Positions 26,215 through 39,100 of a stretch of 64,000 bases of DNA are shown here, one piece after another (position 1 is the stretch's first letter; every line of letters begins with the position of its first letter). The notes below the pieces were generated by a model. That model searched no databases, was not told where the DNA came from, and saw only the letters and a program-made list of their open reading frames with translations. The stretch spans positions 95,234,001 through 95,298,000 of the forward strand of contig CM052817.1 in the NCBI GenBank assembly GCA_028534125.1, read 5' to 3'. Both the position numbers and the translations under genes were made by a program. Source of the stretch: Lama glama (lineage: Eukaryota).

Positions 26215-26350
26215 CCAAATCTATGAAATATGTCTGTACCATGCCTTCTAGGATTTTGGGCCACCTGGGATATTATTATTCCAGTTTTGCACATGGGGGC
26301 TTTGAAACCTGGAAAGAAGTCATGAGAAAGAAAGTGATGGAGTTGGGGAC
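26215..26350 (-). mobile_element. MIR fragment
   Basis: attattattccagttttgcacatgggggctttgaaacc, MIR-core-like. Confidence 0.45.
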
Positions 26351-26585
26351 TGGTTTTCAGTACTCTCTGCACACAGTGGTAGATACGGAGTGAAGTTCAA
26401 TATGGGAAAGAATGTAATGGAATTTAAAAATATAGGAGGCTTTATGATTGGCCAAGTATTGCCCCAGGCACCAAAATTCCTTCCTGAGATGACACTAAGG
26501 CCCTGAAAAGAAGGCTTGGGTAGCTCAAGAGAGCACGAGAAAAAGTGAGTAGACAATGCTGGGTGCCCAACTAAAGACTTCATTG

Positions 26586-27726
26586 ACAACCTCCTGAATG
26601 AGAGGAAATATTTGCAAATCATGTATCTAATAATATCTGAAATATACAAAGAACTCATGCAACTCAATAGCAAAACAGACAAACAATCTGATTAAAAAAT
26701 GGGCAGATGATCTGAACAGACATTTTTCCAAAGACATATCGATGGCCAGCAGGTACGTGAAAAGATGCTCAGCATCACTAATCATCAGGGAAATGCAAAT
26801 CAAAACCGAAGTGAGTATCACCTCACACCTGTTAGAATGGCTATTACCCAAATGAAAAGAGATAACAAACACTGACAGAGATGTAGAAAAAAGGGAACCC
26901 TTGTGCCCTGCTGGGGGGAATGTAAATTGGTGCAGCCACTATGGAAAACAGTACGGAGGTTCCTCAAAATATTAAGCGTAGACCTACCACATGATCCATC
27001 AATTCCACTTCTGGGTATTTAGCCAAAGAAAATGGAAACACTAACTCGAAAAGATATATGCACCCCCATGTTCAGTGCAGCATTACTTACAGTAGCCAAA
27101 CATGGAAACAACCTGAAGTGTCCATCGACAGATGAGTGCATAAGGAAAGTGGAGTATACATAAATACAGACAATGGAGCATTATTCAACTATAAAAGAAT
27201 GAAACCTTGCCATTTGTGATAACATAGCTAAACCTGGAGGGTGTTATGCTGAGTGATATAAGTCAGACAGAGAAAGACAAATACCGTATGATCTCACTTA
27301 TATGAGGAATGTAAAAACAACAACAGCAAAAAAACCAAGTCCATAGATACAGAGAATAGACTGGTGGTTTCCAGCGGTGGGGTAGGGGGTGAGTGAAATG
27401 GGTGAAAGGAGTCAAAAGGTACAAACTTTCAGTTTTAAAATAAACAAGTCATGGGGATGTAATGTTTAGCATGGGGACTAGAGTTAATAATACTGTCTTG
27501 CGTATTTAAAAGTTGCCAGGAGAATAGATCTTAAAAGTTCTCATCACAAGAAAAAAAATTCTCTACCTATGTGATGACTGTTGTTAATTAGACTTAGTGT
27601 GGTGATCATTTTGCAATATATACAAATATCAAATCATGTTGTGCATCTGAATCTAACGTCATGTTGTATGTCAATTACACCTCAATAAAATAATTTAAAA
27701 AAAGAAATTTTAAAAAAGAAAAAAAA
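26586..27726 (+). mobile_element. 5'-truncated L1 (L1MA-type), end of ORF2, 3' UTR and A tail
   Basis: aaatatttgcaaatcatgtatct; catcagggaaatgcaaatcaaaacc; gtagatcttaaaagttctcatcacaag-like motif; AATAAA at about 27684 followed by an A-rich tail. Confidence 0.92.
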
Positions 27727-29499
27727 GTTCTTATCAAGTAGTTTACTATTAGATGTTTCATTTTCCTTTCTAATCATGTTTGGAAAGATAAATAAGACAC
27801 TAGAAAAACGAGGCCAGTTTAGGCCCTTGGCAGAAGTTCAAGCCTTTTAATGAAATTTAGTAAAATTGTTTGCTGTTGAGTTGTTACTGTTTTTAAAGGA
27901 AGGTGGCAGTAAAATTCAGTAATGCGTTAAGGTTCTTAACTGATGTGTGTTTTCCAAAAATATAGTTTCTCACATAAAGGTTGTTTTTGTTTTTCATAAA
28001 ACATATATGTATTCAAATACACGTATGTGTGTTATATATGTGTATGGGTATGTGTTATTATTTGTATATCTGTGTTTACATGTATATATTGCCCCCTTCG
28101 GCAGTTTATCTATAAATTAATTACTCTGAACTTGGACTGGTGGTTAGACAGGTAGCACCAAGTGAGTCATTCAAACAAAAAAAGACATGATCTCATGAGC
28201 ATTATTTTAAAAGTTTACTCCATTATTCAGAAGTCTTCATGTTTCTAGAAACAGCAATCTCTGCCTCCCCAACGGCCGGCGGAGGACAGTGAGTTAATTA
28301 CCCCTCCAAAGGCATGAGAGGAGGAGAGCCCCTCTGGGCGTGCAGAGCGGATAATCACACCCCAGAAGTCATCCTGCTTGAGCCTAAGACAAAGACCGTC
28401 CCAAAGTCTAACTCTCCAAATGTCAATTATCAGGTACCATGTTAATCTGGGCTAGAACCACCCCCGTGACGCTCTTGATGTCGACTTAAGAAAAGCAGGA
28501 ACGTGCGCTAGCTTACAACCAGCCCAGCAGCATATTTTGCTTGTTAGCTGCAGGGGAGAATAATGTGCAGGAAAAGGTGACGTAATGATTGTCTCGCTTT
28601 CATTATTCTCTCCCAAATGAATAGCCTTCCACACCAAGGATGAGCTCACTCACTATTAGTGGAATAACATCTGGTGAGCAAGGGCCCCCAGCTGAACACA
28701 CTGTTGGTTTGGGACTATATTTACCCAAGAGAAACCCAACCATCACCGCATGTATCACATATGCAGTCCAGTTACGCTGTGAAAAAAAATGCTAAGGGGT
28801 AAGGAAATACTCCTTAAAGTATTTTAACATATAAGACTTTCCCTTGTGAAGCAAGGCACTGACCTGCTCCAAAAGAGATCCTAGGCTATTATTAGCATGG
28901 AATAGCTGAGACATGTGACAGACGCCTCGTCCTCTTCGGCTGAGGCCCGGATGCTTGCCATAGCGATCTAAGTTTAAATTTCAAATCACGGATAGGAATC
29001 TCTCTTCTTCAATTTCCCTTCCCATTCTTAATTTCCAGGCAGGCCTGCCACACTGACGATGGTGGATTTTGCAGTGTAATTTATCTAATAGATTTACTGT
29101 AAATGATGAATCACCCTAGTATTTAAATCTAATGAGTAATGCTATAAGTCAATTTGGCTTTTAAAAATGCAGCATAGCTAAGGTCATCAGTTAAATGTGC
29201 TAATACAGAGTAATGTGGATGTTCAGAACACACGCACAGCCGGTCCTGACGGTCAAGAAGCTGGAATACTCTGGAATCTGCGGTGTGCCAAGCCTTTAGG
29301 GGAGACTGTGGGCTTAAAATCATGACATTTGGAAAAGGAGATAAGAATTTCATTCCACCAGCACTTGGGAAACTCCCTCAAGTTTATGTGTCTTTCATCG
29401 TTTACCCCAGGAGATGCAGTAACCCTTTATTGTGAAGATGCTACCAAGCAATCATTATCTGTATTTAAAAGACTGATTATGAAAACAATGCCTATTTAC

Positions 29500-29850
29500 T
29501 GAAGAAAATATGAGAAATTCAGAGAAGTACAAAGAAAATGTAGTTCATTCAGATTCCAACCCCCTAGACCTTTTTGTGTATGTTAGTCTTTTTCACTTGA
29601 GTATATGTAAGCATTTTCTCATGTTTTTAACTGTGCCACAATTTCATTCTAAATGGCCATGTAACATTCCATCAAATGGCTGTACTATTATTTATCAGAT
29701 CATTTCCCTATTGAATACTTAGTATACTTCTAATTCCTTGTTATTATAAATAAGACTGTGATAAAGATCTAAGTAGCTAAATCTATCTTAGGATAAATTT
29801 GCAGAAATAAAATTGCTGAGTTAAAGTGAATGTATGTTTTCAGGGGTTTT
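29500..29850 (-). mobile_element. Old L1ME 3' fragment
   Basis: attccatcaaatggctgtactattatttat...ttattataaataagactgtgataaa...aattgctgagttaaag. Confidence 0.55.
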
Positions 29851-30039
29851 GACTCCAGCTGGGAGTGCCTTTATGAGGGAATAAGATTTGTTTCCTTCTC
29901 TTTATGAAATATCCCCGAGATCAGAGATACTGCCCCAGTCCCTCTGCCTCAGTCTACCTCTGGTTCCTCATTTATAAAACAACGGGAAATCAACAATGTT
30001 GTCCTGCTAAAGTGCTAATCTGCAAAATAATCCTGCGAG

Positions 30040-30140
30040 GTAGGTTCAGTGCCTTGGTTATCTTGTTAATAAACAGAGGAGCCAGAATTTGAACCTGGAT
30101 TTGCTATCTCGAAAGCCCATGCTCTAAACCACCAGGCTAC
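30040..30140 (-). mobile_element. MIR fragment
   Basis: gagccagaatttgaacctgg...aaagcccatgctctaaaccacca. Confidence 0.65.
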
Positions 30141-30162
30141 ACGGTTTCTTCCAGGTCTATCA

Positions 30163-30635
30163 CCCATTCATTCATGTTTTCGTTAATTTCACATACTGTG
30201 TGAGAGCTACTGTTCTAGGTACAGGAGATACAGCGGTGAACTGAACAAAGCCCTTGACCTCAGGGACTTCCTCGTGGGGAGACAGACAGTAAGTTACAAT
30301 ATGATATCAGGTAGCAATAAATTTGATACAGAAAGATAAAGCAGGAAAGAGGGATAAAGGCTGACAAGGAACCTGTCTTAGATGAGATGGTCAGAGAAAG
30401 CCTTTCTGAGTGGATGAAGTGAGTGAAGCTGTCATGGGGGTAAATGCAGGACGAGCTCTCGAGGCAGAGAAGCAGCAGTACCAAGGTTCCAGGACCAGAG
30501 CGTGCCTCCTGAGTCTGCGGGACTGCCCGGAGGTCACTGGGGCTGGGATGTGGTGAGACGGGTGTGGGGTGAGGGGCCCCAAGCAGCCCCTGGAGGGGGA
30601 GGGGCTACAGATCAGAGACACAGTCGTGCTCTGCA
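30163..30635 (-). mobile_element. L2 3' region
   Basis: cattcattca...tgttctaggtacaggagatacagcggtgaac...ggtcagagaaagcctttctgag...gaggcagagaagcagcagtaccaagg. Confidence 0.8.
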
Positions 30636-30637
30636 AT

Positions 30638-30690
30638 GAGAGAGAGAGAGAGAGAGTGTGTGTGTGTGTGTGTGTCTGTGTGTGTGTGTG
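30638..30690. repeat. Compound (GA)9(GT)n microsatellite
   Basis: Read directly; the GT tract has one interruption. Confidence 0.95.
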
Positions 30691-33089
30691 CGGGTGGGCG
30701 GGCGCACGCGTGTGTGGCGGCAGGGGTGAGAGGTTGTTGATTGACATCTCCTCCGCAGGTTCTAAGAAGGAAAGATAGGTAACTCCACATTATTCTTCTC
30801 TTCTTGAATTGGTTTAAGAGCTGGGTACTTAGACCACAGTATTAAAAGTGTAGCCTTCTATGCCCAGGAACAGCCCATGTGAGTGTATTTCTGAACTCCA
30901 AGGAAGAACTCAAATCCATTCTGCCATACTCATTACCCATAGTCTCTAGAGGAGGGGCGATGCCAGCTCCCTAGATCAAAACAGAAAATAAACAGTTTCT
31001 TTGACTGGAACCATCTTGCAGAATTGGGAAAACAGCCATTGTGAAGTTCCCAATGATGTGGTTATTAATCACTTTAGGGGATAAACACATCTATCCGGAG
31101 ACCAGCTGTTTCCTGATGTCATTTAAATTCCACGGTCCCACATGTCCTGCTACAGGAAGGAATCTAACTTCCTTTCCATTCTTGTGAAAATGTGTCTTTT
31201 TAAATTTAATTTGGGATTAAATTAATTTATTACGCATTATTAAAAACCCAAATGTTCTTACCGACCAATTTCCAAGAGTTACTAACAATATCGTGGCTTA
31301 GTTAGGGACTCACCTGCCGCAAATGAACAATGGGTAACCCGTTGCTCTTCAGAGGTAAGAGATGTGAAGCAAGCTGAGAACTCTCATTGTTCCAGGGTAA
31401 GAACCTATCAAATTTAGTGTATGGAAGAGCTAGAGCTTTAGAATCATCCAGTTTTACAATTTAATTCATTCTGTGTATACTAGGGGGAAATCTTGACAGC
31501 TGGGACCAGAATCTGTTTTAGGGAACTACTCCACGAGCTACCTGGGTGGAAGGTACATCCTGAGGGTAACAGAAGACAAAGAAGGAACAGTCATAGCTGC
31601 ACTGCGCTGCAATAGACACATAAAGATGGGGAAAAAATGAACAGACAGGGAGTGTGGGAGAGTGACTGATGCAGCAGAACAGTGATATACCTTAAAGTCT
31701 TTTAAGATGTAGACTATGTGTTCTGTTTTATGATCTTTTTATTTCTGTGATGTAAATCCTACCTTCACTGTCCCAAATCTTTAGTGAATTCAGCTGTCTA
31801 CATAATTGCCTTGGGTGAACCCAGTGCACGTGGGAGCATGTGTCCTGTGGGAATAGTCGGGCTGCGTTCCACATTTGGATTAATGTGGTGCAGAAGAGGG
31901 ACAGTGTATGCCACATGGCAAGATAATCTGCCAATTACACTAATCAGGGGAAGCAGCATTCAGAGCCAGAAATGAATCAGAATGAAGGTCCCCTGGGGAT
32001 TTTTCAGAAATTTGGGGGTGGGCACTGGACTTGGGAGAAATATGAAATGGGAGTTGAGACCATTTCAAGAGGCCAAGGGACTCATCTGACATCTGGGTTA
32101 CATGTGAATAACATATTGCTTTTGAAGCCTATGGTTGTAGTTAAGATATAAAATGTAGACACTGAATGTTTCTCACTGTTTAATAACAATGAGGGTCTTG
32201 GGCTGAATGTCCAGAAGTTACCCAGCTGTCTCTGGTTTAGATATTGATAAAGACTTGAGCAGATTCTATATTTCCCAGTATTTCTTGATTCCTATGGCCC
32301 TGAAGTGGTTCTTCATAGGACTGGGTGAGAGGCTTTGTGAACTGATACCAGCGTTTTATAGAAGGTCTGTACTGTTGTAATATTCCCAAGGAACACACTT
32401 GCCACAAAGCATTAGGAAATGTTAGGCTGTGAATACTTGTTGAATTCTTTACAGGAGATGGCCTGAGTGAGTGGCAATGGCTTTCCACATGGCCATGGTT
32501 GTCCTCTCAGATCAAGGGAAGCCCCAGTTAGAGGCATATAAAACTTCTCATATATCATGCTACTCTAAAACTCTATCATACTTTTTATAAAGTTGAAAGA
32601 TGAGAAAAAGCCTTTAGCAAGCTTTATCACTTGGATAAAAGAGATTCCAAGTACAGTTCTCACTGTGCCACATCACTATTTTGCTTCATTGACTATAAGT
32701 TACCAGATAATTACTAGACACCACATGCATCGATGTATTGCAGTTACATTCTGAAGACAAGCCTGTGGCATATGAAACTGGGTCCATGCTTAGGAGGGGC
32801 CGGGCCCAGCAGGACTGGCCAGGGGCTTTCACAGAGCTCTGTTTGACAACTAGTTGATCAGGATATACAGGATCTGTGATACCATGCTAAAGTGGTCTAA
32901 AGCCCTTTTCCAAAGGGTTGCATTTGACTGTATGTAGAATAATGCCATGAGCCAGAGAAGGGCTTTCTGATTGCATGTGTAGGATTTGCTTGTGTTCACT
33001 GCAAGTGTAACTTTTTGTGTCCTATATCCTACCCTCAGGGAAGATAATTTGTTCGGGATGGGATATAATCTCAGGAACATTCTGTTCAC

Positions 33090-33600
33090 AAGAAGAGAAA
33101 CTCAATTCAATCCAATTTAAGTAAAATTTGAACTAAATTAAAGGAATAAAGGAATTGAAATAACTCAGAGAGTTGAGGATGATTCTTAGGCTCTTCAGCC
33201 ACTCTGAAGGCCTCACTGACTGGAACCAGGCACTCAGATACTAAATAAAATACTCTTCTGAATCTCATTTCCGCTTCCCTGTGCCTATTGATTTTATTCT
33301 GCTTTTACTGTGGGAAATAGTTTCTTTCTTTATGGTGAGAAACAGGAGCTGAGTCAGTCCTGGGCTTTCCTCTTTCCTAGAGGAAAAGGGGCTTGTCTCA
33401 TCCAGTGTTAAGTTAAAAAATCCTGGGGCAAGACTCTGTGATCTGCTGGGCTTAAATCATGTTTCCAACCATTGGATGAACTCTTATGGCTGAGAATAAA
33501 ACCAGAAGATGATTGGCTCAGGCTGGTGGCGTGTCCATTCTTGAGATTAAGGGGGTCGATTCTGTTACCTTAAGGAAAAGTGAGGGGTCATCATGCACCA
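33090..33600 (-). mobile_element. MLT1-type MaLR LTR (old)
   Basis: aagagaaactcaattcaa...ggcttaaatcatgtttccaacc...tgattggctcaggctgg pattern. Confidence 0.45.
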
Positions 33601-34899
33601 GGCAGCTATACCAGTCAGTGTCATTTGCCATCCTTCCACTGTCTCCCTGACCCTAACAGAGATCATTGAGAGGAAGACTACTCAAACTTTGAAATCTTCT
33701 TCTTCTTCTTCTTCTTTATATAACCAGTGTTGGCTGTCAGCATGGGTGGTTCTATTGCTTCGTGAGGTACTATGGTAGACTTTATTTCTGAAGCACAGGT
33801 AGACCTCTGGAAATTGACTGGAAGTAGGAAAATGAAACCAAAACTTCTTGGAACAATTTTGTAAAGTGCTATTTCCATTGCAGGCTGGGGAATACATGTA
33901 GGCAGCTAATTTCACATTGAGAAAAAGCTTATCTTCTTTAACATACACTTAGGGTGCACCATCTTTGAAAAGTATTGTTTCTACAAGAAAAGGTGTGAGG
34001 GACATGTTTAGCTCAACAGTTATCCACTGGGAAAACTGCAAGAGTGATGAGGTTGTATGCATTCACATTACACTGGCATGGAGACTTCAAAAGAGACATT
34101 GGACTTGCTGTGCAAAGCTCACCTTGGCTGTCCTCAGACTCTCCCAGTTAAAACAATGCATTGCCATGGCAGCTGTGTCCTTGAGTTATCCAGTGGGGGC
34201 CAAAGAACAAGGGTGGGGTTATACAGTAGCAGTAAGGATTTGCATTTGGAGGACTGAAAAACCAAGCCATTCTTAGATGGGACAACAGGAAGCTGGGCTT
34301 TAAGCAATGGAGCAAAGTTAGGAACTAGGATGTTTTCACAAGAGGACACCTGTGAAGGACTTACAGTTTTTCCTCTTGGGCTGTGAGAGTTGTCCTATTT
34401 GTCATCTGATTTCTTTTCCCTCCTGTATTATAAATCTCCCTAGTTTACACCAAGCATTTAATTAAGACTATTACATATGCACAGGTCCTATATCCGTATG
34501 GTGGGAAATTAAAAAGAAGAGCCACAAAAAGAAGTATGATCTATCCTTCCATGGAGACCATCATCATATCGTGAGAAAAGGAATCCCAGATCATCCAGGT
34601 GGGGACCAGGATGGAGAGCAGGGCTGAGGGCAGTGGGGAAGAGCAAGTGACTCACAGAAGCAGCTGTGGAGGGTGACTCAGGAGCAAATGTGAGGCAAAC
34701 ATCCTTTTTCTGAAACATCCTAGAGGAAGGTAATTCTCAGGGGTTGAGAAACGGGGATGGTGGGGGAAGGTAAACACTGATTTTATTCTCTGCTATTAGA
34801 TTCTTCCCTCTCCTTCACCCCCTTCTTCAACAGTTATTAAACTAATTCTTCCTTCCAAGATGGCCCAAATGTATTTTGTTTATACAAGTTATAGAATTC

Positions 34900-35050
34900 A
34901 TCTTATTCCACCATGAATTCCTGTTATTTAATTATATGTCTGTTGTCCCCATTAGATTGCAAAGACAGTGACTGTGACCTGCTCATGGGGGAGGGAGAAA
35001 CCTGAGACAGTGTTTTGCATACTGTAGATGCTTAGTAAATGCTTTTACGT
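34900..35050 (+). mobile_element. L2 3' end
   Basis: gtctgttgtccccattagattgcaaa...tactgtagatgcttagtaaatgct. Confidence 0.55.
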
Positions 35051-35778
35051 GGATTTGAAAATGGTTTGCTTAGTTGATTTCCTTTTTTTGCAAGAGCCAG
35101 CTAAGTTCAGGTCTAATCTTGTCTGCACCCTTCAGTTGACATATCCTCTATATTTTAACAGCTTTACCATTGTGAAATAATATGAAATTGAATTAATTCT
35201 TGTTAAGCTTCTCATAGAAGCAAAATCACAAATTTTTTCAGGTGTCAGAATATCAAAGGTACACATTGTTCTTCCATGATGGGAAAAATAACAACAGGGT
35301 ATTTACTCTTCAGGAAAATTCTTGATGCTTTTAGGATGATCTCAACTTCCCCTTAGGAAGTTAGGCTGTTTTAGGAAAATGTAATTGTTGGGTGAAAGGG
35401 AGTCAGGTTTTCCAGTGGTCCAACCAGAGGGGTCAATTATTGAGAAATTGATACTTGAAAAATTTTCTGCTTGACAAAAAACCTGCAACTCCAACCTTCT
35501 CCGTATGAGTTTTGTTTCCAGTTTACTAAGATGCAATTGACATATAACATCAAGTAAGTTTAAAGTATAGAACGTGATGATTTATATTTATATATATTGC
35601 AAAATGTTTACCACAATAAGATGAGTTAACACATCCATCATCCCACATAGTTACAGTTTGTGTATATATTAAGAATTTTTATGATCTACTCTTTCAGCAA
35701 CTTTCAAATATACAATATTATTATTAACAATAGTAACATTACATCCCCAGAACTTACTTATCTTATAACTGGAAATTT

Positions 35779-36045
35779 ATTTATTTATTATGTATTACTT
35801 TTAACTGTGGTATAATTGATATATAACATATTAGTTTCAGGTGTACAACATAATGATTTGATATTTGTATTTATTACAAAGTGATCATGTCTAGTTAGCA
35901 TCCGTCAACTACATAATTACAAATTTGTTTTTCTCGTGATGAGAACTTCTAAGATTTACTCTTAGTAACATTCAAATATGCAAGATAGTATTATTAACTA
36001 CAATTACTATGCATATACATTACATCCCCATGACTTATATATCTA
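35779..36045 (-). mobile_element. Second L1 3' end inserted in the first
   Basis: New T-rich tail at about 35779-35802 followed by a second copy of the L1 3' terminus; flanked by ataactggaaattt at 35765-35778 and 36046-36059. Confidence 0.75.
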
Positions 36046-36134
36046 ATAACTGGAAATTTGTACCTTTTGACTCCCTTTACCTATTTCACCCACCCCCTAC
36101 CCCCCATCTCTGGCAACCACCAATCTGTTCTCTG

Positions 36135-36249
36135 GTTTTTCAAATTAATTAAGTAAGTAAGTAAGTAAGTACAGTCAGTTCCAATGTGTCAATTTCTGGT
36201 TAAGCACAATGTCCTGGTCATGCATATCCATACATATGTTTATATTCAT
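36135..36249 (-). mobile_element. Short, younger L1 3'-terminal fragment with an (AAGT)n tract, nested
   Basis: TSD accaatctgttct at 36119-36131 and 36250-36262; body aagtacagtcagttccaatgtgtcaatttctgg. Confidence 0.8.
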
Positions 36250-38669
36250 ACCAATCTGTTCTGTGTCTATGAGCTTGCTTTGTTTTTTGGTTTGTTGTTT
36301 TTTTTTTTTTTTTTGTCTTACTTTAGATTCCACATGTAAGTGAGGTAATGTGGTATTTGTTTCTCTGTCTCACTTATTTCACTTAGCATAATACCCTCAA
36401 GGGTTTTGGTTTTTTTTTTTCATAACCAAATGTGTGATTTATTTTTTGAGAAAAATAATTAACACTGAGGTTTTTCCAATAAAGGGGAGAAATAACAGTG
36501 GAATGTATGTACATGTTCTTTATCCATTAATAGACACTTAAGTTGTTTCCATATCTTGACTATTGTAAATACTGTTGAAATGAACATGGAGGTACATAGA
36601 TCTTTTTTAATGAGTGTTCTCATTTTCTTCAGATAAATACCCAGAAGTGGAATGGCTGGATCATATGGTAGTTCTATTTTTAATATTTTGAGGAACCTCC
36701 ATACTGTTTTCCATAGTGGCTGCACCAATTTACATTCCACCCAACAGTGTACAAGAGTTCTCTTTTCTCCACACCCTCAGCAACACTTGTTATCTCTTGT
36801 CATTTTGATAACAGCCAGTCTAACAGGTGCGAGGTGATATCTTAATTGTGGTTATCATTTGCTTTCCCTGATGATGAGCAATGTTAAACATCTTTTCATA
36901 TTTCACCTCTTTGGCTAAATTTTTCCTAAATATTTTATGGTTTTCAGTACTATTGTGAATGGGATTGTTTCTTTTATTTGGTTTTCAGATAGTTCTTCAT
37001 TAGTATATAGAAATGCAACTGATTTTTGTATGTTGATTTTGTATTCCACAACTCTACTGAATTTGTTTACTAGTTCTGGTGTTTTTTTTTTTGGTAGAGT
37101 GTATGATCCTTGTGACATGTGGTTGTTGAGAATTTTTGCATCTATGTTCATCAGTTACTGGCCTGTCATTTTCCTTTCTTGTAGTGTTCTCATCTGGCTT
37201 TAGCATCAGGCTAATGCTGGCCTTGCAAAATAAGTTTTGGAGTGCTCCCTTCTCTTCAGTTTTTTGGAAGGGTTTAAGAAGGATTGAATTTAAATCTCTT
37301 AAATGTTTGGTAGAATTCACCTGTGAAGCCGTTTGGTCCTGGGCTTTTCTTTGTTGGGAGGTTTTTGATTACTGATTCAGTCTTACTTGTTATTGGTCTG
37401 TTCAATTGTTCTATTTCTTCATGACTCACACTTTGTAGGTTACTTCCTTCACTTTGTTATTTGTTTTCTATATGCCTTATAGCTTTTTCATCTCATTTAC
37501 TGCATTACTGTCTTCTTTTGTGTCCTGCGGGTTTTTGCAGTGAGTTATTTAATTCCTATAGTAGGGCTGTGGGCTGGGCTCTGTAGCTCAGTGGTACTGT
37601 AGGCTGCCCAGAGTCAGAGGCTATGCTCAACAGCTGGGCCAGTCTGCCAGCTTGGTTCCTTGCCTTAGCATGGCTACAGGATGGACTTCATAATGCCCAG
37701 TTCTCTGACCAGGCTTCCTGGACTGGGAGGGACTATTGGAGGCCATGCTCAGCAATTGAACAGGACTGCAGATTTGCTTCCCTGCTTGGGCTGGATGGTA
37801 GGATGGGCTCCAAGGCCAGTACGGCCCATTGACTGGGAAATGAGATCAACTGAGCTCCCTGGCCAGGCACAGCTACCAGCTCAGCTCTGCAGGTGGGCAG
37901 AGCTGCAGACTGGAATTGCCATTCAAGGGATATGGCAAGCAGGAACATGGTTTGCCAAGGTCTGAGCACTGATTATTGTAAGCCCCACCCCCTTCTATAT
38001 CTCTATTTGATTCCCGCAATGATCCCTGAGAGCTGAGACCCAAGTAGCCCTCCTGGGAAGCATCCTGCAATTGGTGGGGGAGCTGGATGTTCACTTTGGG
38101 CTCTCTTTACCCGCTGGAGAAACCATCAGCCCGAGGGGGCCCTCTCCATACTGTGCTGACCTGGGGGAGGGGCATGCAGTCAGCGCAGCCACTCCTCTTG
38201 CCTTCTAATATGGTCCTTCCTTGTCTCTGCTTCAGCCTTACCCGTGGGCTCTGGGATTTTCACAATGGTGTCTCGTCTGTGGAGAGTTGCTAGTTTGGTC
38301 TTCTTGTGGGGGGAATAAAGTTGAGAATGACCCATGTAGCCATCTTGACAATGTCTCTGCCTTCAACCATGTCTAATCACTTACACACACCTGTGGGTAC
38401 AATAGTCATTACATAGGAGAGACTCTCCAAAACCCCAAACTTTTTTGCTTTGCATGAATCCTCTCTGAGTGATTTCATTTTCTGTTTAAAATGAATAATT
38501 GAAGGTAATTTTGACTCTGGAACATGGTTGTGGTATAGGAAATGAAAATAACAGAGTGTAAAATAACATGTTCACTAGGGTTGCACTATCTAAAATACTG
38601 ATACACATGGAAGATAATTATTACAGAAATGGAATAGTTGTGTTGGAGAAGAACAAGAAAAAGGAAGAA

Positions 38670-39100
38670 GCTGTATTATCAGGGACAATGTCAAACCTGT
38701 TGAAACAGAGACACTTGGCAATACAGTGGCTTAAAGACAAAAATGTTTATTTTCCTTCACACCAGCCCAGGGCAGGAAGGCAGGTACCTTTGCTCCATGT
38801 GGCCACTCAGGGACCCAGACTCCTGGGTCTTATTCCCAGCCATTCCCTAGGGCACTGTCTTCATCTGAAGGGTTACAGTCATGCTTGCTTTCAGCTGAAA
38901 GAAAAGGGACGATATGAAGGAACTTCTGTAGCACCATAGGGTCCAGGCTTAGAAGTAGCAGTTGTTATCTCTGCTTGTGGTCCTGTGGTGAGTATTGTCA
39001 TGTGACCTCACTTAACTGCAAAGAAGCCTGGGAAATGCAATCTAGGTGGGCAGCCTCACACCCTGAATGAGTGAGAGATTGGACTGTGGTTGATAACCTC
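38670..39100 (-). mobile_element. MLT1-type MaLR LTR
   Basis: cagtggcttaaagacaaaaatgtttatttt...actcagggacccagact...cacttaactgcaaagaagcctgggaaatgcaatct. Confidence 0.65.

Larger units (their letters stand above)
35510..38350 (-). mobile_element. L1MA-type LINE-1 with both ends present but large internal deletions; hosts nested insertions
   Basis: 3' UTR from 35510. ORF2 pieces [50 protein letters not shown] and MNIDAKILN. GC-rich 5'-UTR-like region 37560-38350 ending in gccatcttg (caagatggc on minus). Confidence 0.85.
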
